A stretch of 64,000 bases of DNA. Source: the human T2T-CHM13v2.0 reference genome, Homo sapiens. Location: contig CP086569.2 in the NCBI GenBank assembly GCA_009914755.4, positions 15,520,001-15,584,000 of the forward strand, given 5' to 3'. Below the pieces are notes generated by a model that was given only the letters and a program-made list of their open reading frames with translations, was not told the origin of the DNA and made no database searches. Every line of letters starts with the position of its first letter. The stretch's first letter is position 1. The translations under genes and the position numbers were made by a program. Positions 50,468-64,000 of the stretch are shown in pieces.

Positions 50468-52732
50468 TTATCTTTATATTTTAAATGTTTTGGGGTTTTT
50501 TCTTTATTTTTTTCATATTTAATTACATTTCTTTCAAATGACTTCTTTGGGAGACATGATTTTTGTACCTCCTGGGACTGCCACAATTCTCCTGCCTCCT
50601 GGGATGTGATCGATCTCTAGTCTGCCTCAAGTATAAAGATGATATTCATGTTGATGACATTGAGAAGGATGAGGAGAAAGGAGTTGATCAGAGATCTATA
50701 TTCATGGTATACTTGTTTGCCATGTCTGCTTTTCCTCTTCAGAATGTAAACTCCAAGACTGTGGGTCTTTGTTTTCTTCGGTACTACCTTGCAGAGTCTA
50801 GGTCCTATTCAAAGCTTAATATTTGTGAAGTGCATGAATGAATAAGTGGATTATAATATTATCACCACCATTGGTATGGCTTTTGTTTCTCTATCTGTAT
50901 TGTCCTCTCTACTTTTCCTTAATTGTTTAATTCCCACACAGATTGCCGAAGATTGCTTTGCCAACTGTCCCTGGGTAGAGATAAATTTCCCTCCATGGTG
51001 CTTTCACTGGACTCTACCTGCAGCTATATATTATCTTGCATTTTCTAACACCCAGCCCCACCACATAATAAGACTTGATTGATTGAAGACCCTGAGTTAG
51101 CTTTGCATAAAACCAAGGTGCTTTCCACACAGACATTCACAGACATTTTCACATTTCATACAGCAACTGATGAACTAGGCTGGAAATACACTTTTTACTG
51201 GCTTAACAGAGAAGAAAACAAAGCTTAGGGAGACTGATTATGCAGGATTTAATTTGTAACAAGCAAAGAGAACACTATTGACTTCAAGTGGACATCAACA
51301 CATTATCATCTGATAATTTTTCCAGCATCCTTTGCCTCATCTGTTAAATTATAAACTAATGCTGATGTGTACAATTCAGTTCAGCTTCACAAATATTTAA
51401 TGAACACTCGCTCTATAACAGGTATTATTATATAAATAGTTCTTTATGATGTAAGAATGTTTAATAGATACTTTTTATCCATTCAACTTTGAAAGGCTAA
51501 TGCCTATTCATAGATACCAGGAAACACTTGAATGAATGAAGACATGTTTTCTGCTGTCAAAGAGAGATCAGACACCAACAAGTGGCCAAGAAAGAACAAA
51601 GTAATTTTGATCAACAAAACTTATAGAAGAAAATAAGCATTCTTTGTTGTTACATATACTTCAGAGCCATTTTAGTGCTCAAAGTTTGATAGAAATTGAT
51701 ACACAGGACTTGCGCCTCTGAATTGGCTATCCCGGAATATTCTATGAGCTACAACCAGATTTAACATTAACCTGTAGTTACTTGTGGTTTATTCATCTAT
51801 CCACCTAAACACTATGAGCAACTTCAATGTGCTCTTCATGGTACTCGACTTTAGGCATTGTATATGGAGCAAAATAGACATATTTTCTTATTTATTGTGG
51901 CTTATACTCAGATGCAGCATTTCTTCACCAGTGGTAATTTTGCTCCTGGGGACATTTGGCAATGTGTGGAGACAGTGAAGGTTGTCATGACTGGGTCTTG
52001 CTTCTGGTGTCTAATGGGTAGAGGCCAGAACTCCTTCACAATAAAGAACTATCTGACCAAAGAATATCAGCAGTGCCAAGGTTGAGAAACTCTTCTAACG
52101 GTTGGAGAAAAATGATCAATGGATCACCTACAATTATAATTACAAACTGAGCTATGTGTTAGATGCTAGTAGAGCTGATTTCCAAGGTTACTGATCTAGT
52201 CATGAGGATACATATTGATACTAAGGACATGTGGTTGAAGGGGCAGGAGTGATTTATTAGGGTAAGAAGTTCATGGTGAGCAGAGGGACTGTCATGCAAA
52301 GACTCTAGGGCTTGAAGGAGCCCAGTGCAATCAGGATCTGAAGTGACAGGTGTGGCTTGAGAACAGAGGCAACAGGGAGTTAGGCAGAAGGGGAAGCTGG
52401 AAATGCAGGCAGGGGTAGAAAATAAAAATATGCCAGCCATTTATATTACACAATTCTGTAGACTTCTTTCTTCTTTCATTCTTGATACTTTTCTATAATA
52501 ACATTCAAGCATTGGATCAGCACCCTTTGTTGTCTTCTGTAGCCCAAAGGTTGACCTTGGAGACACAAAGGCAACTATGACAATGGTTTCTGCAATAGGG
52601 AGATCACATTCTCACTCAGAAGACATTTGCAGGGTGTGATTAGTGATTCTCACATACATGTCAATTTCTTCCTAAGACCTTGTGCTTTTTTAGTTTTTAT
52701 TTTAATATTATTATTGTTATTTATATAGTTTA

Positions 52733-53020
52733 TTTGAGAGAATTTTGCTCTGTCACACAGACTGGAGACCAGTGTTGTGATCATAGCTCATTGCAGCCTC
52801 CAACTCCTTGTGTCAAGCAATCCTCTTGCCTCAGCCTCCCAAATAGCTGGGACTACAAGCATCCACCACCACATCCAGCTTATTGTTTTATTTTTTGTAG
52901 AGAAGGCCACCTCTACAACTTATGTTGCCCAGACTGGTGTCAAATGCCTGGGCTCAAGCATTCCTTCTGCCTGAGTCTACCAAAGTGCTGGGATTCTAGA
53001 TGTGAGCCATGAAACCCTAC
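52733..53020 (-). mobile_element. Old Alu, minus strand
   Basis: tttgagagaattttgctctgtcacacagactggagaccagtgttgtgatcatagctcattgcagcctccaactccttgtgtcaagcaatcctcttgcctcagcctcccaaatagctgggactacaagcatccaccaccacatccagc...gcccagactggtgtcaaatgcctgggctcaagcattccttctgcctgagtctaccaaagtgctgggattctagatgtgagccatg. Confidence 0.8.
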
Positions 53021-54045
53021 CTTCTGGTTTTTAATTGGCTTATTTTCTTCGCACATTTCAGTGAAGCATTATTCATTTATCGTTACTGAGGTTTTACTTT
53101 TTTTTTTCTTTCCCAGAGTTAGATTTCAGACAACTCACCTTTGTTACCAATTTGAAATGCTAGGTGTCAATTCTTAATATAGTTGTAAAGGGCCATGACT
53201 TGAGGATATGTTATTTTTTTGGGCTTGAGTTTGGATTGGTTTGAGTTGAATGCAATTGCTAAGCCATTGAATAAGGGAACATTGCTGAACTAGAGTGACA
53301 TGGATTATTTCTTATAGGTGAGAGTGCATTTGTGATAAAGTCATTGTTTTAGGATACATAAGGGTCATGGTGTATTTTCTTGGCTAGTGCTATGAATTCA
53401 TTTGTGCTATTTCTTTTGAATTTTTGTATTTCTCTACTCTCCATCTTATTAAACCAGGTGTTTCAGGTTTGAGGTTCTGCACATTTTTCTCTGGGGTTAC
53501 ACAGAGGGACTAAATAGGTGGAGTTTAGGGTAAGGGGATATTCACAGTCCTGCCCTCCTGCAACCACAGCAACACCCCAAAGTCTCTCATAAGACTGTAT
53601 TTGTTCTCCTACTTACATTCTTTGACCACTATTATGAACGTTTTCAATAGTCTATCCAATGAAAACAATGTTGTCAATGACTGTCTTTAGTAAGTCTGTA
53701 GTCAGATTCATATCTTTAAAATATGTACACTGTGTGAATATTTCAAAGTATATATCATGAAAATAAATAAGAAAAAAAAAAACAAGAAAGCTGAGATAGC
53801 TCTATTAATATTAGACAAAGATACCTTCAAGAAAAGGAGTATTTCCATAATAAAAGAGAGATAGTCATAATGATACAAGGAAGAATCCACCTGACATAAC
53901 TAATAATTTTAATTTGTGTACACCTAATAAGAGAGCTGTAAATTACACAATTAGACAGCAATAAATGCAAAGAAAGACCCATCAATAATGATAGTTGGAG
54001 ATGTTAAGATGTTACCAAAATAGATGAAAGATGAAGTTGGAAAAC

Positions 54046-54120
54046 ACACACACACACACACCCCCACACACACAGATACATACACACATAAATACAGGGA
54101 GGATACACACACACACATAC
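54046..54120. repeat. (AC)n microsatellite with interruptions
   Basis: cacacacacacacacacccccacacacacagatacatacacacataaatacagggaggatacacacacacacatacatg read directly. Confidence 0.8.
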
Positions 54121-55284
54121 ATGCAGGGAGGATATGAAAATTTTCAACAACACTTTCAATGCCCTTGGCAAGTTTGTACTTTGAGTCCAACCTCCCTTCA
54201 CAATTCAACAAAGAGACAAACAACCCACAATTTTACTGCATTTCATGCTTAGGTTCCCGGTGTCTCAAGGCCTCTGGCCAGCCATGTGTGTACAGGAACA
54301 CACACACATCAAATAAACAGAAAAATGAATGTATAATCGCAGACTGTGATTAACACCATAGATGAAAATCAGAGAGGGTGTGCAGTCATTAACAGGCAAG
54401 CTGACCTCACCTTTGATACAAAGACACAATGGTGTTCAGGCGAAAAGCAATGAATAGGTGTTACCCAGTTGGGGAGATAAGAATGGTGTTGTAAGAGTAA
54501 GGTAAATTTGTGCATAGGATTCCAGTTGGCACAGATTTTTTAGTGCAGAAACAGGAAGTGGAAGAGGGACAGGGTTGAGGATGTATAATTCAACAGATCA
54601 TTCAGGTCCCTGTTGGAGAACTTTAAGCAGGGCTCTGTCAAAGTCAGTTTGGTCATTTTGATAGATGACTCTGGGTGGGGAGTGATGGCAGAATGAGATG
54701 GACACATATTAGGCAGTCACTTTCATCTAGCAGAGACACTGACAGCCTGGACCATAATGACGAAGATGGAGAAAAGTTATATGAACCTATTTGAGAGATA
54801 TTTCAGAAGGAAACCAAAGATGTGATACTGAGTTACCTGGAATGTGGGAAAGGAATGGAAAGTTGGATGACCTTTCCATCTAGTTTCTGTGTAGATTCTG
54901 TGCATGATCCCTTGGCTTAAGACATAAGCACTGTGAGATTACAGATAATCTATGTATAGGTTCATGTAAAGAGTTTTCCCTTTTCTTAGATTTCCATCTA
55001 AATTGAGATTATTGTCTTTCACTGCATGTAATCTCATTACTACCTGATTTGGAATGCTATTTCCTTATACAAGCATGTTGTGAGAATAATGCTTGGTGCC
55101 AAATGTTACGCAAATAGTATTGATTTAAATGTGGTAACATAGATAACTGTTAACATATGTACAATAGATAACACAAGTATATAACATATAAATATCATAT
55201 AATAAATGCTAATTAATATAAATGAAATATACTGGGGAGGAAAATCTGAAAGGTGTTAATGACTTAGGGACCTTATCAATATAT

Positions 55285-55660
55285 ATCAATCATTCTCACA
55301 CTGTTATGAAGAACTACCTAAGCCTGGGTAATTTATGAAGAAAAGAGGCTTAATTGACATGCAGTTCTTCATGCTGTATAGGAAGCATGGCTGGGAGGCC
55401 TCAGGAAACTTACAGTAATGATTAAAGGTGAAGGGGTAATAAGCACATCTTACCATGGCAGAGCAGGAGAGAGACCGAGCCAAGGGGGAAGTGCTACACA
55501 CTTTTAAACAACCAGATTTTGTAAGAACTCATGACCACCGGAACAGCCAAGAGGAAATCCACCCCTATTATCCGGACACCTGCCACCAGGTCATTCCCCC
55601 AACATTGGGAGCTACAATTCGATATGAGATTTGTGTGGTGATATACAGCCAAATGACAAC
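55285..55660 (-). mobile_element. THE1/MST-family (ERVL-MaLR) LTR, minus orientation
   Basis: tctcacactgttatgaagaactacctaagcctgggtaatttatgaagaaaagaggcttaattgacatgcagttcttcatgctgtataggaagcatggctgggaggcctcaggaaacttacagtaatgattaaaggtgaaggggtaataagcacatcttaccatggcagagcaggag...tgctacacacttttaaacaaccagattttgtaagaactcatgaccaccggaacagccaagaggaaatccacccctattatccggacacctgccaccaggtcattcccccaacattgggagctacaattcgatatgagatttgtgtggtgatatacagccaaatgacaaca is the reverse complement of the THE1B-type consensus. Confidence 0.85.
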
Positions 55661-57893
55661 ATAACCTCTCATAATGCTATTTCCTTCATGATAAATATCC
55701 TTTGAGGACAAAATGTCATTCAAAATGTGATAATAATGTTGATAATAATTAATGCAAGCCTAATAAACATTCTCTGTATACATTTTGTAATACATTATAA
55801 TATGAATTATATTCAGTAATAATTTCACTTAAAGAATAATTTAAAATATAACAGGCAGATAACTATAGGTAATAGTTTAAAACATAACACTAAAACTTGC
55901 ATGGTTTTGGTATTTCAAATTTTACGTGGATTCTACTATATTTTCAAGGACACAACGAACATAACTGAAGGCAAACCTTGAAATTTTACTTTCTTAAATC
56001 TGATTACTTTCTTAAATTTTACTTTCTTAAATGTGATGAGTTGTGTTAATTTATTTGGAATAATTAAACTCGGCATTATATATTCTTTTTTATGATGTCA
56101 TTAATAATGTTTAAAAGTCAATAACACATCTATTGCTACTTTGGTTAAAAGCTACATAGATAGTAGTAGCTATGGTACTTGGATGAAGAAAGCTGAAGTT
56201 TATTATTTTTTCTTTCTAATTTTAATCCCTAAGGGTCTTTGATAAAAGACTTACACAAACCCCCCTTTAGTAACCTAATCTTGTAAAATAATCCTGTTCT
56301 TAAAATGGTGATAGAGATTTGCTTGGTTTATGCTACGTAACACCATAATAACACATTAAGACTTGATTCTCTTTATATCATGGAGCAACTCAGGTAGTGT
56401 TACAAAGTGCTGTTACTCAATAAATGTGGTGAAGAGCAAGCTCTCCAGAGCAGTGCCATGCCTGTGTCTGATGCTTTCCAGTATGGAAAACTGCTCAGAT
56501 ACTAATGGTTTGTTTCAGGCGCATTGACAGCCTGATCATAGGCTCTAGCCATGTACCATGAAAAATGGCTTCTCCAGGGGCTTAAGAAAGACGATGAAGA
56601 GCTTTGCATTTTCTCTTGGCATTTCCTGCTATTGTTAAAAAGGTCACATATGCAATTTAAAAATGTTCCATGCATGGAGCATGACAAATGCCATGTAGAA
56701 GATAAAACTGCTTTCATTGACATTTTTGGCCAATTTCCAAACGGTACCATTTTCCACATTTTCCCCTTTGTGGATTTGCAAAATTTGGCTTGTGCAAAAT
56801 GCCTGCCCACAATACAGTCTAAGTTGAGAAATGCTACATGTTAAAAAGCAAACTGTGTATAGATGAAAATGGCACATTCAGAATAAAAGTAAGAAATTAA
56901 ATGCCACCAAAAAATAGGGAAAAACTTGTAAATGAGTCTATCAAAACTATTAAGGAATCTCAAAATGAAAGAAAGGCTTAGAACTCATCAATAACAATGT
57001 CCAATTGCATTCATATGTAAAGAAAGTAAAATCAACTTTATGTTATTTTAGTTCACTTTATTTTATTCTTATTATCCTTTTACCTAGTTGAATGGCAAAA
57101 CTAAATTTAGTTATCTTTGGGCATTGAAAAATGAGTACTCTCACAGTTTGATAGATGGAGGAAGAATTAAGGTAGAGTTTTAGAATTTGAGTATTATACA
57201 ATAAAATTTAAAAAGAGACCCACTTTACTCCTCTGGAAGCACTTTTGCTTCCAGGAACCTATCCCACAGATATATGCAGAAAGATGTATGTACATAGATG
57301 ATCATTGCAACTGAAATTTATCTCATCAGGAAAACGTGTAAATGAATTTTTTTGAGCACTTAGAATACTAAAACTATCTTTCCCTTGAAATTGTAGAGGC
57401 AAAGCAAAATGGGAAGGCAGAGAATAATACATAAATTTATGTAAGCATGTATACATACTGGTATATACACATAGATATGAATGCACAATTGTATGCATAG
57501 ACATATGTATACATACATGTGTGTGTAGGTGTATGCTTTTGTGTAGATTTGTATACAAATATGTATATTTTACTGCACAGAAAAATGTCAAGAAATAAAT
57601 TATTAGCAATGTTTAGAATGGGACTATGTTACTGTGCCCTTACAGAGAGGCCTTGATTGGCAGAGAAAATGAAAACTATAACTGCTCCTATACTTAAGAA
57701 TTTTTAAAATCCTTTGTAATGAGTTTGAATAATTTATTTATATTACAATTATGCAAATCTTCTATGTGTGTATAAGAAGCCATTAGAAAAAGATGGTTTC
57801 ATGTGATAGAGGAAACTAGCATAAGTTAGAATTTTGACTCAGCTGATGAGAAAGTATTTGCCCAAAGCAATCTAATCAAAGCTCTGTTGCATG

Positions 57894-58537
<644 letters not shown>

Positions 58538-58888
58538 GTGTGGAAAAAAGACATATAGTTAAACAAATATAACCAGCCCCTTATTTCTGAGGAGAAAGAC
58601 TGATGCATTGTAGAAAGGATAATACAATTTTGAGATTTAGGTAAGGACTATCAGAATTTCCAGGAAGCTCTGCTGTGGTTCATTGTTACAGGGAAATTAC
58701 TCAAGGGAATATATGACTTGGAATCATTTTGCTTTTTTGTTACATTTCCTATTATTCATTGCTTCTTTGGACTGGTGAGAAGCCTCTCAGAGAAATAAGG
58801 AATACTGCACATCCTCCATATTTTCTCAGCTTTTGAAAATTAAGTTTTATACACTTAAGGGCAGCCACAACACATGAAAACATTTTAT

Positions 58889-60840
<1,952 letters not shown>

Positions 60841-60914
60841 ATGGCATAAACCTTTAAAGCCACAAAATAAAATAAAATAAAATAAAATAATAAATTCCCT
60901 CAAAAAAAAAAAAA
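60841..60914 (+). other. About 62 bp of non-L1 sequence plus a second poly-A after the canonical L1 end. This is a candidate L1 3' transduction, or alternatively a diverged TAAAA-type tail
   Basis: tggcataaacctttaaagccac aaaataaaataaaataaaataaaataataaattccctc a13 follows the first L1 poly-A (60832-60840). Downstream, aaaaaaaaaaaaagaaaag mirrors the pre-insertion tail aaaaaaaaaaaaaaaaaagaaaag at 59170-59193, a likely TSD. Confidence 0.4.
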
Positions 60915-60979
60915 GAAAAGTTTATTTCTTCCTCAAACCTTCTTTACCTAGCCTCACTCAAACCAACTCTTAATTTTTC

Positions 60980-61003
60980 CTTTTTTTTTTTTTTTTTTTT
61001 TTC
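60980..61003. repeat. Poly-T tract (T24)
   Basis: Read directly. Confidence 0.8.
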
Positions 61004-62215
61004 CCCAAAGCTATGCAGCTGACACGCATCTGCTCACTTGGCATAATTCAGTTGGCATCCAGTAAGTTTAAGAAATTCTATCTGGGATTCATGCAATCAC
61101 AACCCACATCCAAAAAATAATAGCAGCACTTATAATAAATAATAATAGTGTTTTTTGTTTGTTTGTTTTTTTAGTATTCACATAGGTTTTCTCCCTGGAT
61201 TTTCACAACATTGAAACAAAATAGACAAAATAAATGGGCTTCTCTTCAGCCCTGAGTTTTGCCTACTCTTAACCCTTTGGAGAAAAAATGGCACTGAGCT
61301 GTCAGTCAGTCGCCCTGTGGGAGAAGACACCAGTGTAGATGGCTTTCTGAATATATTGACTTGATTTCTATCACCAACAATGGCATATTCAGGCTGTGCT
61401 CCATGCCAGGTGCCATGTGGTCATGGAGTCTACCACACCAGAGGTATTCTCAGAAGTAGTATTGAAAACACATAGGCAAGCATTGCTTAAGACTGTATAA
61501 ACATAAGCTCTGTCCAGACATGGAATACAGTCGGAGTTTGCTAGGATAATCCCAAATACCAATACATACCAGAAAACTTACTATAGCATGAGTATTGAAG
61601 GCAAAGATGCTTTTGGTATGTAACTAAAATAATAGCATGAACCCATCTTTTAGTGTGAATATTGAATAATTAATGTTACATACATGAAGCTAGCATGTAC
61701 TGGAAGGACTCAAAGTAACTGAAAACTATACATTTCTTCACGCCATTTATTTAAGACTTCAGCTCCTTTACACAACCATACTCAGTTACCTTTTGCCTGT
61801 TCCTGACTTACTAAGGGAAGATGGTGTGGAGCTACAATTTATAATCCAGATAATGATTACTAGAGTCCATACTCTACCCTGAATACTGAAAACTGCAATA
61901 ATGTCCCTAACTTAAACTTCCTCTTCTGTTTATCACTTCTTCCTTCCCTCTTTGATTGTTCTTCCATGAATCCTTGCAAGTCTCCAAGCACTGAGTATCC
62001 TTCCATCCACCAAATGTCTGATATAGATGGCTGGGTGTAACTTTAAGTCTCTCACTAAGATGATCGATTTTCTCCTCTGCTTGTGCTGGGCTCACCCTCT
62101 CATTTCTCAGCCAAGATATCGATTTATTGTGTCCCATAGCACTGCTAGCATTAATGGAATTATTGCATGGTTTGGCCTCATTTTTAGTGTGTGGTTTTTA
62201 GAAATATCTGAGATC

Positions 62216-62600
62216 TTAGTGTTGGTTTGCAATCTGTCTTAGTCCCTTCTGTGCTGCTATGAAAGAATACCTGAAACTGGTTTATAAAACAGAAATTTAT
62301 TTCTCATAGTTCCAGAGGCTGGCAAGTCCAAGATCAAGGCACCATCATCTGGCAAGACCTTCTTGCACATCATCAAATGGCACAGGGGTAAAGAGCTGAA
62401 GAGAGAGAACCCACTCCTGCAAGCCCTTTTTGATAATGATATTCATCTATTCATGAATTTAATTAAATTCAAACTATTCATGTTCATTACCTAAACATCT
62501 CCCATTACCCACTAACCCACAAAACACTGTCTTATTAGGGGTTAATAATATTCATGACAATGCATGAATTCTAGGGACACATTCACACCATAGCAAAATC
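62216..62600 (-). mobile_element. ERVL-MaLR LTR (MLT1-like), full length, minus orientation. It is paralogous to the LTR at 63735 to the window end
   Basis: tgtcttagtcccttctgtgctgctatgaaagaatacctgaaactggtttataaaacagaaatttatttctcatagttccagaggctggcaagtccaagatcaaggcaccatcatctggcaagaccttcttgcaca...cccactcctgcaagccctttttgataatgatattcatctattcatga...ggggttaataatattcatgacaatgcatgaattctagggacacattcacaccatagcaaaatcc is the reverse complement of MLT1 (TGTATTAGTCTGCTAGGGCTGCCATAACAAAATACCACAGACTGGGTGGCTTAAACAACAGAAATTTATTTCTCACAGTTCTGGAGGCTGGAAGTCCAAGATCAAGGTGC...). Confidence 0.75.
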
Positions 62601-63734
62601 CATTTACACTCTCTCCTCATCAAGGTTTATGTGTTTTCCAAAGTGAGTCAGTTCAAGTTTTTTTGACCTTTCCTCTTTTGTTTTCATTAGATCTCATTTT
62701 TAGACTAACAGATTACTTTGTTCCTATAACTCATGTGTCTTTCAGAATCTGGGCCAGTTTCCACTACCCAAGTGGGATCTAGGAGTTAACCCCACCGTCA
62801 ACCCAAGTACTCCTCCTGTGTCCAATGGCCAGTCAGCCTCAATCCTGTCTTCTCTTGAGTTATGACATATTTTTCACCTTCCATTAATAGTGAGTCTGTT
62901 GAAATAGGAATTTATACTTCCTTCTTTGTCCTCCATTTCCCCAAAATCCGTTCTCTATCCTTACAATTTTATGCTAATAAATCTCATTAAGGTATGACCA
63001 GTGATTTCTACATTGCCAAACCCAGTGGCGTCTTTTTAGTGATGATCCTATATCAATATGATAGGCACTTATCACTTGCAGAATTCTTATTCCTTTTCAT
63101 TGTATCACTATGCTCTGGTTTTATTCTACAACTCTGAGAAGTTCTTTTGTATTTTCTTCTCTTACTATTCTTAAATGTTGACTTTTCTCAAGGTTTGTTC
63201 TTGACTTCATTCTGTATATTGTATGTCTGGGTAATTCATTGCATCTTCTTATCTTCCAACTATCTGCCTCTATGTGGATGATTCTTGAGTCTTTATTTTC
63301 AGCCCAGGCCACTAGCTTCATTCAGTTACAGTGTTTGTAATTTTAGCTCCTGTTAGAAATCTCTAGTTGAGTGTCACATATACACTTCAAACACAACACA
63401 TTCAAATACTGAGAAATACTCTTCCTCTAAAACCTATTCCTCACTTTGCACCCTCCTGTTGGCTAAAGGTGCCCCACATCCCAGAGTGTCCAAGATAAAA
63501 ACTGATTTTACTTCTCTTTTCTCACCACTTATGTAAATAGATATCTGCCTCTCATCATTTCTGCCCTGCAAAACATCCCTAGCTATGTGCTTTCTGCCTG
63601 TGGCCCACTGTGACAGCTTCCTTCTCTCAGTTTAGATTGTTATGCAGTCCATTACTCTTCTGCCTCCTACCATCAGGCTACTATTGGAGTCATCTTCCTG
63701 ATTCTTACATTCGATGACTTCAATGGTTAAGTGA

Positions 63735-64000
63735 TGCATTGCAATCTTTCTTATATGATTTTCTGCTGCTACAACAGAATACCTGAAACTGTTATAAAAA
63801 ATAGAAATGTATTTCTAATAGTTCCAGAGGCTGACAAGTCCAACATCAAAGCACCATCATCTGGCTAGTCCTTCTTGCACCATCATCTGGCAAGACCTTC
63901 TTGCACAAAGGCAAACAACTCAAGAGAGTGAACCCACTCCTGCAAGGTCTTAAAAATGTATCATGGCAAAATTTCTTGAGTGGCCCCCTTTTTACCACCT
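63735..64000 (-). mobile_element. Second ERVL-MaLR LTR copy (MLT1-like), minus orientation, running to the window end. It shares derived substitutions with the 62216-62600 copy
   Basis: tttctgctgctacaacagaatacctgaaactgttataaaaaatagaaatgtatttctaatagttccagaggctgacaagtccaacatcaaagcaccatcatctggctagtccttcttgcaccatcatctggcaagaccttcttgcacaaaggcaaacaactcaagagagtgaacccactcctgcaaggtcttaaaaatg. It shares cctgaaactg, ccagaggctg.caagtccaa and gcaccatcatctggcaagaccttcttgcaca with the first copy, and has an internal ~25-bp duplication. Confidence 0.7.

Overview
This window is human (catarrhine primate) nuclear DNA, not a prokaryotic locus. I see no sign of a novel multi-gene system; the content is ordinary gene, intron and repeat structure. 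The one host protein-coding feature is the first coding exon of a neuroligin-4 gene (ATG at 8764, GTGAGT donor after 9235). Its translation matches the neuroligin-4 N-terminus, and as I recall the gametolog difference it carries Ser93 where NLGN4X has Pro93 (also Leu2, Ser16, Met155). I therefore call it NLGN4Y, which would place the window in the male-specific region of chrY. The remaining ~55 kb is consistent with the large downstream intron and is roughly half interspersed repeats. An internally deleted L1PA-type L1 lacking ORF1 lies on the minus strand at 64-4767, bracketed by ~46-bp direct repeats. There are several old L1 3' fragments and a young L1HS/L1PA2-like 5'-truncated L1 at 59204-60840, inserted into an AluY tail and followed by a possible short 3' transduction. 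An LTR12 (HERV9 LTR) at about 12700-14505 carries an Alu insertion with clear target-site duplications and a CpG-rich core. About 30 Alu copies are present, including an Alu-in-Alu nest, along with ERVL-MaLR LTRs (MLT1/MST/THE1-like). One MaLR LTR is split by a retroposed, disabled copy of AGK (acylglycerol kinase; probably the annotated chrY pseudogene AGKP1) at 25694-27964, which has an AATAAA signal and poly-A tail. Other points that merit a second look are a ~135-bp inverted-repeat pair (28975-29112 and 29705-29845), a degenerate (GATGRT)n minisatellite (32440-32760), an (ATCT)n microsatellite (48890-49065, a candidate Y-STR) and a paralogous MaLR LTR pair at the 3' end of the window. All coordinates are from manual reading and are approximate to a few bp. 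Repeat subfamily names are from memory of consensus sequences and should be confirmed with RepeatMasker.
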